From Arcobacteraceae bacterium (lineage in GTDB: Bacteria; Campylobacterota; Campylobacteria; Campylobacterales; Arcobacteraceae): 64,000 bases of DNA. The stretch is from assembly GCA_048268245.1 (NCBI GenBank), contig JBLWVX010000002.1, positions 111,683 through 175,682 on the forward strand, given 5' to 3'. Shown here piece by piece: positions 54,396 to 64,000 of this stretch. The translations under genes were made by a program, and so were the position numbers. Below the pieces are notes generated by a model, which did not search any database, was not told the DNA's origin, and saw nothing but the letters and a program-made list of their open reading frames with translations. Each line of letters begins with the position of its first letter. Positions within the stretch are counted from its first letter, which is position 1.

Positions 54396-55349
54396 TTATT
54401 TACCTAAACTATTTTGAATAGTAGTGTATCCATTTAAGATTTTGTCTTTAATCTCTTGAGGAACAACTACATCTAATTTTTCACCAGCTTTTAAATTTTT
54501 TGCTTTTTCTTTCCAATTATCAGCTTTACCAAAGTCTCTTAAAATTTGTTTATCCATAGAGATATAGTTAGCTGCATCAAAATCAGATTTTGAAATAAAT
54601 CTTGAACTCTCAGGAGTTAAAACTTCATCACCTAATAACCATTGACCTTTTGAGTCAACAAATACTTCAAATTTAGTATCTACTACAATAATTCCATTGT
54701 CTAATGCAAATTTAGTAAACTCTTTAAATAAGTTTTCTAAACTATCAATTATTTCAGGGAACTTTTCTCTAACTGTCGATGATTTTAAAGGAATATCTTT
54801 AATCCCTTTAGTTGTCGGTGTAAAAATAGGATTTTCAAATTTATGCCATTGTGGTAAATCAGAAGAAAGCTCTAAACCATATGGATCTTTACCATTTTGA
54901 CAAGCTTCAAATAATGAACCCGTTAAATAGTTTCTAAAAATAAATTCAAACTGTACAACATCACCTTCAATCTCAGCTTCTAATGGTTTACATAATTCCA
55001 TCATTTGACATCTTGGAGCTATTTCTAAAGATTGATCAACTTTTTCATTTAAAATTGCAGTTTTAATACCAGCTTTATTTGCAAATAAAGCTCCACTATT
55101 AGAAATAGCCGTTTGAGAGATACCTTTTCCTTCAATTTCTAAATTTAATGGAATATCAAATACAGAACATCTATCACTTCTTACTAAAAGAACCTTTGGA
55201 TCATCTCCAGGGCAAGTATAAAGGTCAGCATTTTTACCTATGTAAAAAAGGTTATAACCTAAATCTTCTAATTCAGCAATACCTTTTTGCGACGTTGTTT
55301 TTTTTGATTCTGGCCATAGACCAAGTGATATGATATCACTAATTTTCAT
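54396..55349 (-). CDS. purC: SAICAR synthetase (long form)
   Basis: SDRCSVFD, RNYLTGS, FTPTTK, VDTKFE, DEVLTPESSRF, DKQILR. Confidence 0.9.
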   Translation of the reverse strand: MKISDIISLGLWPESKKTTSQKGIAELEDLGYNLFYIGKNADLYTCPGDDPKVLLVRSDRCSVFDIPLNLEIEGKGISQTAISNSGALFANKAGIKTAILNEKVDQSLEIAPRCQMMELCKPLEAEIEGDVVQFEFIFRNYLTGSLFEACQNGKDPYGLELSSDLPQWHKFENPIFTPTTKGIKDIPLKSSTVREKFPEIIDSLENLFKEFTKFALDNGIIVVDTKFEVFVDSKGQWLLGDEVLTPESSRFISKSDFDAANYISMDKQILRDFGKADNWKEKAKNLKAGEKLDVVVPQEIKDKILNGYTTIQNSLGK

Positions 55350-55382
55350 TAATTCCCCCTACAATAGATTATGAATAAGTTT

Positions 55383-56681
55383 TTACTTATTCATAATAAT
55401 TAAACTTTTTAAAATACCAATTGATGTATTTAATTGATTATCTTTTAATACATCTTCTTTAGAAATGGTTTTTTTATCTGATTTTTCTTCTTTTTTCTTT
55501 TCAACTTTTTTGGAATCAACTTTTTCAAGTTCACCTTCTAAGTGTTTTTTTAAATCAGCTTCTTTAATTTTAAATTCTGAATTAGTATCTTGTGGAACTT
55601 CACCTGAATAAGCGATAACATCAGGAGTTACACCTTTTGCTTGGATTGTTCTTCCACTTGGTAAATAATACTTAGCAATAGTAAGCTTTATATTTTCACT
55701 TCTATCATTTGTAATAGGTAATACAGCTTGAACTGAACCTTTTCCAAATGTTTTTTCACCAATCACAATAGCTCTTTTATGATCTTGTAATGATCCACTT
55801 ACAATCTCAGAAGCAGATGCTGACCCAGCATTTACTAAAACTACAACTGGTTTTTTAGTAAGAGTACTTGATGCTGTAGCTGAAAACTTCTCTTCAGTAC
55901 TTTTATCTCTACCTTTTTGTGAAACAATAACACCATTATCAACAAATAAATCAACAGTTCCAATCGCCTGTGATAAAAGTCCACCTGGATTGTTTCTTAA
56001 ATCAAGTATTATTCCATCAATATCTTTGTCATTGTTTTTAATAGCTTTTTCTAAACCACTTACAACTTTTGAATCAAAGCTACTAACTCTTAAATATAAT
56101 AGTTTTTCATTTTCAATTTTTTTTGCAAAAACTGATTCTACTTTGATAATATCTCTTGTAATTTTTATTTTTAAGGGTTTATTTTCACCTTCTCTTACAA
56201 TTGTTAGAACAATATCAGTTTGAGGTTTTCCTCTCATCAGAGATACAGCTTCATCTAAAGTCATATTTAAAGTAGCATTATCATCAATTTTCAAGATAAT
56301 ATCAGATGCTTTAATTCCAGCTTTATATGCAGGAGTGTCATCAATTGGAGAGATTACAGTTAAAGCACCTTCTCTCATCCCAACAGTAATACCTAAACCA
56401 CCAAATTCCCCTTTTGTTTGAATACTCATTTCTTTTGAAGATTTTTTATCAAGGAAACTTGAATGAGCGTCTAGCTCTTGCATTAAGCCTTTTAAAGATT
56501 TATTTACTATTTCTTGAAGCTTAATATCATCAACATAATATTTCTCAACAGTGCCTATAACTTTTGTCATTTTTGATAAAGATTCAAACCTAGTTGGTTC
56601 TTCTTCTTGATTACTGTTTTTAGCTAAAACTGCTTGCGTTAATGTTAATACTAAAGTTGAAGCTAATATTAGTTTTTTCAT
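55383..56681 (-). CDS. ctpA: S41 carboxyl-terminal protease with PDZ
   Basis: GGLG PDZ loop, DLRNNPGG, SASASE, TFGKGSVQ. Confidence 0.93.
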   Translation of the reverse strand: MKKLILASTLVLTLTQAVLAKNSNQEEEPTRFESLSKMTKVIGTVEKYYVDDIKLQEIVNKSLKGLMQELDAHSSFLDKKSSKEMSIQTKGEFGGLGITVGMREGALTVISPIDDTPAYKAGIKASDIILKIDDNATLNMTLDEAVSLMRGKPQTDIVLTIVREGENKPLKIKITRDIIKVESVFAKKIENEKLLYLRVSSFDSKVVSGLEKAIKNNDKDIDGIILDLRNNPGGLLSQAIGTVDLFVDNGVIVSQKGRDKSTEEKFSATASSTLTKKPVVVLVNAGSASASEIVSGSLQDHKRAIVIGEKTFGKGSVQAVLPITNDRSENIKLTIAKYYLPSGRTIQAKGVTPDVIAYSGEVPQDTNSEFKIKEADLKKHLEGELEKVDSKKVEKKKEEKSDKKTISKEDVLKDNQLNTSIGILKSLIIMNK

Positions 56682-56794
56682 TTACATATAACCTTTTAAA
56701 TTTATAGAGATAAATTATACAAAAAAATTCATAAAAGTAAGATTTTATCAAAAGTTTTGTAATATACATCTATATTATAAAGAGGTTAATAATT

Positions 56795-57364
56795 ATGAGT
56801 ATGAAAGAAAATGTTGATTTTGTAAAAGGTGAATTAAATAGCGAAGAAAAATTTCTTGAAAGTACAGTAAAAATTGAAAGAGTTTTCAAGAAATATAAAT
56901 TCCCAATTATTGCAGCTATAGTATTACTAATAGCATTAACAATAGGTTACAATGTAAAAAATTATATGGATGAGCAAAATTCAATAAAAGCAAATAAAGC
57001 CTTTGAAACTGTTTTACAAAACCCTAAAGATACTGAAGCTTTAGCAGTTTTAAAAAAAACAAATGAAAAGCTTTATCAAGTTGCATCTTATTTAAATGGT
57101 GACAATGAGGGTATCAATGTTAAATACCTAAAAGAGTTAGTTGCTTATAACAAAGCATTAAGTGAAAATAGTGTTGAGAAACTAAATGATTTATCAATGC
57201 AAAATGATTTTCTATTAAAAGAGTTTGCAATATTTAATAAAGCTTTATTACTTGCAAATGAAGGAAAATATGAAGAAGCAAAAACAGCTTTAAAACTAAT
57301 TCCAAATAGTTCAAAAGCTACAGAATTAGCTAAATTACTTAATCACTATTTAGCAACAAAATAA
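56795..57364 (+). CDS. Membrane-anchored TPR-like protein (YfgM-like)
   Basis: Acidic N-terminus, single TM, helical periplasmic domain. Confidence 0.55.
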   Translation: MSMKENVDFVKGELNSEEKFLESTVKIERVFKKYKFPIIAAIVLLIALTIGYNVKNYMDEQNSIKANKAFETVLQNPKDTEALAVLKKTNEKLYQVASYLNGDNEGINVKYLKELVAYNKALSENSVEKLNDLSMQNDFLLKEFAIFNKALLLANEGKYEEAKTALKLIPNSSKATELAKLLNHYLATK

Positions 57365-57372
57365 GGATAAAT

Positions 57373-58356
57373 ATGAAATATATTTTAACTTCACTTTTAG
57401 CTGTAATTTTATTTACAGCTTGTTCATCAAAAAAATATTTTGAACCAGAAGATGTTGAAAATGATTTAGAAGTTCAAACTTCTTCTTTACCATCATCTAT
57501 AAAGTCTATGAATAGAGTTGGAGCAACACTAGAATCTAATGAAGTTATTACAAGATATGGTTTATCAGATTTTCAACTACCAGAAAACTTTGAGTTTTTA
57601 AACTTATCAATAGATGGAAAAGTAATTGCATCAAATAAAAAGGACAAAATCTTAATCGGTGATGAAGAACTAGTTTTAGACAATGTTGTAATTGCAGCAT
57701 CATTAAAAGATGATAAATTAGCTTTAATCTACTCTGATAACTCAATAGAGCTTTTAAATCTTAAAACTAAAAGAACTCTGTTTAAAGACTATTTATCAGA
57801 ATCATTAGCAAATGATACAAGAGTTGTTAATCCATACTTTATGGGAAATCTTATTTTATTTCCTACTTTAAATGGAAAAGTTATTATTGTATCTACAATT
57901 ACTAATGATTCAGTAAAAAATATTTCTGTTGATCCAAAAGGACAATTTAACAATATTATCTTTTTAGATGTTGATAAGCCATCTCAAACATTAATCACTG
58001 CAACAGCAAATAAAGTGGTTTCTATTTCAACAAAAGAAATTCTTTCAAAAGATTATGAAATTAGAGATGTTATATTAAAAGATGAATATGTTTATATTGC
58101 AACAATTGATGGGCAATTAATCAAACTATCTTTAAATTTAAAAGAGATATCAAAGAAAAAATTTAAATACTCTAAAATTCATGCTTTAGCCTTTACTAAC
58201 TCATTATATGCTATTGAATCTCAAGGATATGCTATTAAATTAAATAAAGACTTTACAAGAAGTGAAGTTTTAGATTTTGATTTTGATAACGAAGAGAGAA
58301 TGATAGTTTTAGATAATAAAATCTATTTTGATGACAAATTCATCACACTTCCATAA
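57373..58356 (+). CDS. Beta-rich lipoprotein, possible beta-propeller
   Basis: FTAC lipobox; repeats such as LILFPTLNGKVIIV and VYIATIDGQLIKL. Confidence 0.6.
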   Translation: MKYILTSLLAVILFTACSSKKYFEPEDVENDLEVQTSSLPSSIKSMNRVGATLESNEVITRYGLSDFQLPENFEFLNLSIDGKVIASNKKDKILIGDEELVLDNVVIAASLKDDKLALIYSDNSIELLNLKTKRTLFKDYLSESLANDTRVVNPYFMGNLILFPTLNGKVIIVSTITNDSVKNISVDPKGQFNNIIFLDVDKPSQTLITATANKVVSISTKEILSKDYEIRDVILKDEYVYIATIDGQLIKLSLNLKEISKKKFKYSKIHALAFTNSLYAIESQGYAIKLNKDFTRSEVLDFDFDNEERMIVLDNKIYFDDKFITLP

Positions 58357-58380
58357 ATAGTGTTTAAAACACTATTTATG
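58352..58380. terminator. Bidirectional terminator
   Basis: CATAAATAGTGTTT/AAACACTATTTATG between convergent stops. Confidence 0.65.
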
Positions 58381-59374
58381 AAAAATTCTTATTAGCTAAA
58401 TACTCAACTAAAACTGTTGCATAAGAGCCTTTAGGTAAACTAAATTCTAAATTACAAATCTTATTTTCATTGTCATATTTACATACAATATCTTTAGGGA
58501 AAACTATAGCTTCTCTTCTATAACCTTTTTCTTGTATATATGTATCATCAAATTTTTCTTCAATCTGTCTTGCTTCCCCTACTGCCCTGAAAACTCTTCT
58601 TCCAGGTAATAAACCAGTTGGAACTATTGATTTAATTGAAAAACTATCTTCAATAGATTTTGTAATTACTTTTGGAGTAATATACTTTTGCTTTTTAATA
58701 TCTAAAAATACATCGCCGTTTATTAAGTCAAAATTTGTCGTTGATGCTTTTGTTCTGTTAACTAACCAAGAATTAAAAAAATTACTTTGATAAGCCATTA
58801 TAAGCATTTTTGAAAGCTTCTTATCTTTAATAATCTTTTCACCCTCAACAATCTCTTTAGCTTTTATCAAGTTATCTTCTACATCTCTTCCAAATCTTTG
58901 ATAACCAAAATAGTTAAGAAGACCTTCTTTTGAAATTTTCTTTAATCTTCTTTGAATATGATTTAATTCCTCAATACTTGTATTATGAAGATTAATTTTA
59001 AACCTATTACCTTTTAAATCACCAATATTTAGTTTTTTACTATGTAGAACTGTATCTAAAATCTCTATTTTCTTATGTTTAAAAAGTTGAAGTTTTTTAG
59101 AATATTTTTTAGGGATTGATAAATATTGTGTTGTTGTTGCTTTTTTATCTTTTAAACCTGCATAACCTATTTCATTTGTATAAATATCTAAATATCTAGC
59201 AAATGTATCAATTAAATCCCATGTGTCTAAATTTACCTTCTTTACTTTTACAATAAGAAAGTTTCCACTATTTGAAAATCTTAATGGAATTTCATTTACA
59301 ATAAAATCATTCTCATTTTGAACGAATTCAAAATTAAGAACCTTTGCACTATGGTTATATACTCTTTTAATCAC
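58376..59374 (-). CDS. truD: tRNA pseudouridine(13) synthase
   Basis: GYAGLKDK..TTQ, GNRF, NYFGYQRFG, LPKGSYAT; GTG 59374 preferred because it follows the dksA stop and an AAGGA. Confidence 0.92.
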   Translation of the reverse strand: MIKRVYNHSAKVLNFEFVQNENDFIVNEIPLRFSNSGNFLIVKVKKVNLDTWDLIDTFARYLDIYTNEIGYAGLKDKKATTTQYLSIPKKYSKKLQLFKHKKIEILDTVLHSKKLNIGDLKGNRFKINLHNTSIEELNHIQRRLKKISKEGLLNYFGYQRFGRDVEDNLIKAKEIVEGEKIIKDKKLSKMLIMAYQSNFFNSWLVNRTKASTTNFDLINGDVFLDIKKQKYITPKVITKSIEDSFSIKSIVPTGLLPGRRVFRAVGEARQIEEKFDDTYIQEKGYRREAIVFPKDIVCKYDNENKICNLEFSLPKGSYATVLVEYLANKNFS

Positions 59375-59375
59375 G

Positions 59376-59741
59376 TTAAGAACTCTTCCTTTGTTCATTT
59401 TCATATACTTCTCTACATTCAGTACAATATCTAGCAAATAGCTTAGCTTTTAGTCTACCAATTGGTATAGTAATAGAACACATATCACACTTACCGTACT
59501 CATCATTTTTAATTCTTTTTAAAGCATCATCTATTTGCTTTAGTTCTTCTAATTGATGATTAGCAATCATTCCTTCAGTAAAAGAATCACTTGCTAATTC
59601 TGCATAGTCTAAATCATCATTTATTTCTTGACTTTTTAAACTTTCAATATTCTCTTTACTCCCATCAATATTTTCAAGAATCTTTTCTCTTCTAACTTCT
59701 AAAGCAATTCTAAGCTCTTCAATTTGCTTTTTACTAGGCAT
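59376..59741 (-). CDS. dksA: DksA/TraR family RNA polymerase-binding protein
   Basis: DDLDYA coiled-coil tip, CDMC...CTEC zinc finger; ATG 59741 with AAGGAG. Confidence 0.88.
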   Translation of the reverse strand: MPSKKQIEELRIALEVRREKILENIDGSKENIESLKSQEINDDLDYAELASDSFTEGMIANHQLEELKQIDDALKRIKNDEYGKCDMCSITIPIGRLKAKLFARYCTECREVYENEQRKSS

Positions 59742-59851
59742 GAACTCATTCTCCTTAATTTCGCGCAATTATATACTTTTTAATATATATTATATATAAG
59801 AGTATCTATAATGGTTGACATTATAAACTACATAAACAGCAAGGAAATAGC

Positions 59852-60199
59852 ATGGACATAGAAAATTTAAAAAAAATAATATTAAAATTTTCAAATGACA
59901 GAAACTGGGATAAACATCACAATCCAAAAAATCTTACAATGGCATTAAATGTAGAAGCAAGCGAGCTATTAGAGATATTTCAATGGCTAAATATTGAAGA
60001 GTCACAAAACCTAAGTGACGAAAAAAGAGAGCACGCAAAACAAGAAGTTGCAGATATTGCAATATATTTAATCAGACTTTGTATTAAACTTGATATAGAT
60101 TTAGAAGAAGCAATAATTGAAAAAATGAAATTAAATGAAAAGAAATACCCTCTACTTGATGAAAACAACAATAAAATAATCTATGAAAAGAAAAACTAA
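59852..60199 (+). CDS. MazG-like nucleotide pyrophosphohydrolase (dCTP pyrophosphatase type)
   Basis: RNWDKHHNPKNL, EASELLE, EVADI, NEKKYP. Confidence 0.9.
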   Translation: MDIENLKKIILKFSNDRNWDKHHNPKNLTMALNVEASELLEIFQWLNIEESQNLSDEKREHAKQEVADIAIYLIRLCIKLDIDLEEAIIEKMKLNEKKYPLLDENNNKIIYEKKN

Positions 60200-62970
60200 T
60201 CCACAAGTTTTGTAAACTCCTCATAAAGTTTAGTAGACAAAGGTTTTTCAAGTTTTAACTTTAAATCAATTGGCTTTTCGTTCTTATATGATATTGTATT
60301 AGCAAGTCCTAAATAAATAAAATTTTGAGTCTTTTTATCAACCTTTGCATATTTTCTAACAAAAATATGCAGCTTTACATTAAATTTCTTATTTTGAGTA
60401 AGCCGTAATCCATCACCTTTGATACTAGTATGACTTGGCTTACTTGAATAAGTAAATACTTCTTTAGAAATAAAATCATTTACATATTTTTGTGCTTTTT
60501 TATACTTATCTTTATCAATTGTGATAAATAAGAAAAAATCATCTTCGAATTTTAAAAATCCACTTCCTCTAAAAGAAGAGTGAATTTTATTGAAGTTACA
60601 AAGTTGTGCGATATTTAACATATTATATTTTTCATAAAGTTTTAAAGCAGGCAAGCAATAGTACTCTAAGCCAAATGTTCTTTCATAATTTATTATTCCA
60701 AAACTAATACCCTGTTCTATAAATAGTTTTTTATTTTCATCTTTCAATAAATCCTTAAATATTTCAGACCTATATATATAATCACTTTTAAAATCAATTA
60801 AATTTGGGTATCTAGATATTTGTGCTTTATCAAAATATTCTTGTTTTAAAAAATTTATTGCATGAATTAAAGTATTTTTATCAACTTTTTTTTGATACTT
60901 TTCTAACTCTTTTTCTAAACTTGCAAAACTTACCTTTTCTTTTTTTAACAAAATTTTTAGTATTACAAACTCATGAACTCTTTTAATAGGTAATAGATAT
61001 TCAATAAACCTACAAGTTTTTAAAAACTTTTCATCTTCGCATAAAAACTTTAAATTACTACTTTTTTCAACCTTTGATAAAAACTCAACATAAGACTTAC
61101 TTTCACTTATAAATTTTAATGGATCTACAAACTCATCATAATTAATATAATCACATAACATTGGAGTCTTATTTTGCATTTGTTCTTTAAACTTGAAATA
61201 TTCATCTTTTAAATATTTTATACTATTAAAATTCTCTTTATTAATTTGCTCAATTATTCTTTTTTTTGTGATTTTATCAATACAAATAAAAGCATTTTTA
61301 AAAGAAGCAAAATCATTTAATAGTGATAGCTTAATACTCTCTTTATCAAGTTTTTTATTTCCAATCATTACAAGTGCAATTAAAAAAGCTCTTTGATGAT
61401 TTCCAATAAAATCTATTAAAGTTAAAAACTCTTTATCTTTATACTTTCGTAAACCTCTTCCTAATTGTTGAGCAAAAACAATTGAAGAGTTAGTTGGTCT
61501 TAACATTAAAATAGTATTTATTGAAGGAATATCAACTCCTTCATTAAAAATATCAACACAAAATATAACTTCTAAATCTTCATTATCATCTTCAAGAAGT
61601 TTAATATATTTTTCTCTTCTTAAAATAGAATCGTCACTAGTTAAACTAACACTTTTAATACCTTTTTCATTAAAAGAATTTTCCATATAAATACAATGCT
61701 CTTTCGAAACACAAAAGCCTAGCACTTTTCTTTTTTTGCCACTAAAACCATAAAAATTCATTTTTTCAATTATGAATTCAACTCTTTTATTAAGCATTAA
61801 AAGTTTAGAAAGCTCTTCTATTTTATTTAATTCCAAATTAGCATAATCAACACATATATCAGTAACACCATAATAATGAAAAGGCGTAATAAGTTTATGC
61901 TCCAAAGCTTCGTTCAATCTAATATCACAAGCTATATTTTCATCAAAATACTCATATATATTTTCACCATCCATTCTATTAGGTGTTGCAGTAAGTCCTA
62001 ATAGAAATTTTTCTTTAAAATAATCAATAACTTTTTTATAAGAACTACTACTTATATGATGAGCCTCATCCACAATAATATAATCAAAACTATTTTTATT
62101 AAAACTTTGCAAATTTTGACTAAGTGATTGAACAGTGGAAAATATAAAATCTTTTTTAAGTTCTTTTTTATTTCCCGTGTAAAGTCCCATTGTTTTATTT
62201 TTGATAACACTTTCAAAACTCTGTTTGGCTTTTATCAAAATATTTTCCCTATGCACAATAAACAACAATCTATTAGGCTTATATTTTTTTACATCAAAAA
62301 CACTCAAAAATGTCTTTCCTGAACCAGTTGATGCAATAGCAAGTGCTTTAGTCTCATTTTTCATTCGTAGGTATTCTAATCTTTTTAAAGTATCTATTTG
62401 CATACTGTTAGGTTCTATATCTTCTTTTAAAATAAATTCTTTTTTATTTTTGTTTAAATTATAAAATTTTCTATATTTATCTAAAAAATCTTCACTTATC
62501 TCATATGATTGATTCCATAACTTATCAAATTGAGAAAATATATCTTTTATATAGTTATCATCTTTTTTGGTAATTGTTTTACAACTCCATTCAATATTTG
62601 ATTTAAATGCACTCGAAGTTAAATTTGCAGAACCAATTAATACTTCATATTTATCATCAAATTCAAAGATATATGCTTTACTATGAAATCCTGTATCCAT
62701 AATACTAGTATCATAGATTTTCAAATCTATATTATCAAACTCTTTTAGTCTCTCTAATGCAAATGGCTCTGTAAAGTTTAAATATGTAGAAGTTAAAATT
62801 TTTCCTTTCACTTCTTTTTTATTAAGTTCTTTAAAGCTGTCAAGTAAAAGTTGAACTCCAGAGAAATTTACAAATGCAACATTAAAAATAAAGAAATTAC
62901 ATTCATTTAAAAGTTTTGTTATATAATTATAGAAATTTGAACTATCGTCATTTACAATTAATTTATTCAA
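60196..62970 (-). CDS. PLD-nuclease plus SF2 (DEAH) helicase with DUF3427-type C-terminus
   Basis: FHSKAY..IGSANLT (HKD), TGSGKT, DEAH, TAT, NEGVDIP, QQLGRGLR; C-terminal IFVRK..FIYLG. Confidence 0.85.
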   Translation of the reverse strand: MNKLIVNDDSSNFYNYITKLLNECNFFIFNVAFVNFSGVQLLLDSFKELNKKEVKGKILTSTYLNFTEPFALERLKEFDNIDLKIYDTSIMDTGFHSKAYIFEFDDKYEVLIGSANLTSSAFKSNIEWSCKTITKKDDNYIKDIFSQFDKLWNQSYEISEDFLDKYRKFYNLNKNKKEFILKEDIEPNSMQIDTLKRLEYLRMKNETKALAIASTGSGKTFLSVFDVKKYKPNRLLFIVHRENILIKAKQSFESVIKNKTMGLYTGNKKELKKDFIFSTVQSLSQNLQSFNKNSFDYIIVDEAHHISSSSYKKVIDYFKEKFLLGLTATPNRMDGENIYEYFDENIACDIRLNEALEHKLITPFHYYGVTDICVDYANLELNKIEELSKLLMLNKRVEFIIEKMNFYGFSGKKRKVLGFCVSKEHCIYMENSFNEKGIKSVSLTSDDSILRREKYIKLLEDDNEDLEVIFCVDIFNEGVDIPSINTILMLRPTNSSIVFAQQLGRGLRKYKDKEFLTLIDFIGNHQRAFLIALVMIGNKKLDKESIKLSLLNDFASFKNAFICIDKITKKRIIEQINKENFNSIKYLKDEYFKFKEQMQNKTPMLCDYINYDEFVDPLKFISESKSYVEFLSKVEKSSNLKFLCEDEKFLKTCRFIEYLLPIKRVHEFVILKILLKKEKVSFASLEKELEKYQKKVDKNTLIHAINFLKQEYFDKAQISRYPNLIDFKSDYIYRSEIFKDLLKDENKKLFIEQGISFGIINYERTFGLEYYCLPALKLYEKYNMLNIAQLCNFNKIHSSFRGSGFLKFEDDFFLFITIDKDKYKKAQKYVNDFISKEVFTYSSKPSHTSIKGDGLRLTQNKKFNVKLHIFVRKYAKVDKKTQNFIYLGLANTISYKNEKPIDLKLKLEKPLSTKLYEEFTKLVD

Positions 62971-63036
62971 TATTAGGTCTTTTTTAATTTTGATTATACG
63001 TTAGTTTAACTAAACCATTTTTTAATAAAGAAGAAT

Positions 63037-63741
63037 ATGAACGAAAATAATACAATTTACTATTTACAACACAAAGACATACAAGATAAAGATATATTAA
63101 TAAATGAAATATATGCTAACAATAAAAACAATTACTACTTTAGTGATGACTTTTCAAAAGACTTTTATAAAGACTTATGTTATTTTGGATTTATAAGTAC
63201 TACAATAATTGACAATGACAAACTTTATTTGCTTCCAGAAATACAATTTGAATATGCATTACTTTACTTTGAAAATTTACATATTAGTAAAAAAGTAAAA
63301 AAATTGATGAATAAAAAAGACTATATATTTGAAATTAATACAAATATAGAAGAAATATTAATTAAATTAGATACATATCACAATCCCAACTGGTTAATAG
63401 GAGAATATAGAGATTTACTTATAAAACTTTTTAAAGATAAATGTGAAAGCTTTAAAATTAAAACTTTTTTAGTAAAAGATAAAAAAACAAAAGAGATAAT
63501 AGCAGGTGAAATAGGATATAAAATAGGAAATACTTACACATCACTTACAGGCTTTAGCTCAAAAGAAAAGAAATACAATAACTATGGAACATTACAATTA
63601 GTATTAACAGCCAAATATCTAGAAAAAGAAGACTATAAGCTCTGGAACTTAGGACATCCATATATGGAATATAAATACGCACTAGGAGCAAAGAGGTATA
63701 AAAGGGAGGAATTTTTAGAGCGATGGTTCAATTGTATGTAA
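63037..63741 (+). CDS. Leucyl/phenylalanyl-tRNA-protein transferase-like (divergent Aat family)
   Basis: LHISKKVKK, IAGEIGY.IG..YTSLTGF, LGA....REEFL resemble Aat blocks. Confidence 0.65.
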   Translation: MNENNTIYYLQHKDIQDKDILINEIYANNKNNYYFSDDFSKDFYKDLCYFGFISTTIIDNDKLYLLPEIQFEYALLYFENLHISKKVKKLMNKKDYIFEINTNIEEILIKLDTYHNPNWLIGEYRDLLIKLFKDKCESFKIKTFLVKDKKTKEIIAGEIGYKIGNTYTSLTGFSSKEKKYNNYGTLQLVLTAKYLEKEDYKLWNLGHPYMEYKYALGAKRYKREEFLERWFNCM

Positions 63742-63881
63742 AAAGGATATGAGATAAGAAAGAGATAGATAGGATAAATTAGAAGAAGAAGTAAAGATGT
63801 AAAATAATAGATTAATATAAAAAGGTAAATTAAAGATAAAAAGTGGATGATAAAGAGGGAGTAAATAATAAAAAAAGGGCT

Positions 63882-63929
63882 AAAAAAAAGCTTAGTTAAA
63901 AACACAATAAATGTTTTGAACTAAGCTTT
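63882..63929 (-). terminator. rRNA operon terminator
   Basis: 18-bp stem AAAGCTTAGTTAAAAACA/TGTTTTGAACTAAGCTTT with one mismatch plus T run on minus strand. Confidence 0.6.
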
Positions 63930-63984
63930 AAGTAAAACTGTGCCTTAAAAAGATGAGATATCTTTTTGAGAAACAATACTCAAG

Positions 63985-64000
63985 AGCTGGCAGCGGCCTA
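63985..64000 (-). rRNA. rrf: 3' tip of 5S rRNA (partial)
   Basis: Minus strand TAGGCCGCTGCCAGCT resembles the 5S 3' end; GC-rich jump and downstream terminator; only 16 nt visible. Confidence 0.6.

Noticed and set aside
63633..63905. 90-aa hydrophobic minus-strand ORF and purine-rich tract
   Set aside because: Low-complexity sequence downstream of the rRNA terminator, overlapping a real CDS, no RBS

Overview
Very AT-rich bacterial chromosomal segment. Gene content and order (ccoNOQP-DUF4006-fixH-addB, uvrD-truB-ispE-smpB, gap-pgk-tpiA-fabI, ctpA-purC-purS-purQ) point to Campylobacterota, most likely Arcobacteraceae (inference). Most of the window is housekeeping: prfB, the cbb3 oxidase operon, purine and amino-acid biosynthesis, lower glycolysis, alaS and argS, ending at the 3' tip of a 5S rRNA gene. 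Accessory patches lie at about 18.5-24.2 kb (transporters plus a two-component system), 28-38.5 kb and 59.8-63.7 kb. The most notable features not shown by the ORF track are: (1) a candidate regulated sRNA locus at 31.75-31.99 kb with a palindromic operator, two long stems and repeated anti-Shine-Dalgarno/anti-AUG tracts, one complementary to the pheA start; (2) a 136-bp TA-flanked ERIC-like miniature element at the fabI stop codon; (3) a PLD-nuclease/SF2-helicase/DUF3427-type gene convergent with a MazG-like gene (candidate defence module); (4) an NlpC/P60 paralogue lacking its catalytic core; (5) two uncalled small membrane proteins; (6) an atypical long PurC at the normal locus. No CRISPR array, tRNA, prophage or transposase was seen. 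All functional calls come from motif recognition by eye, not database searches.
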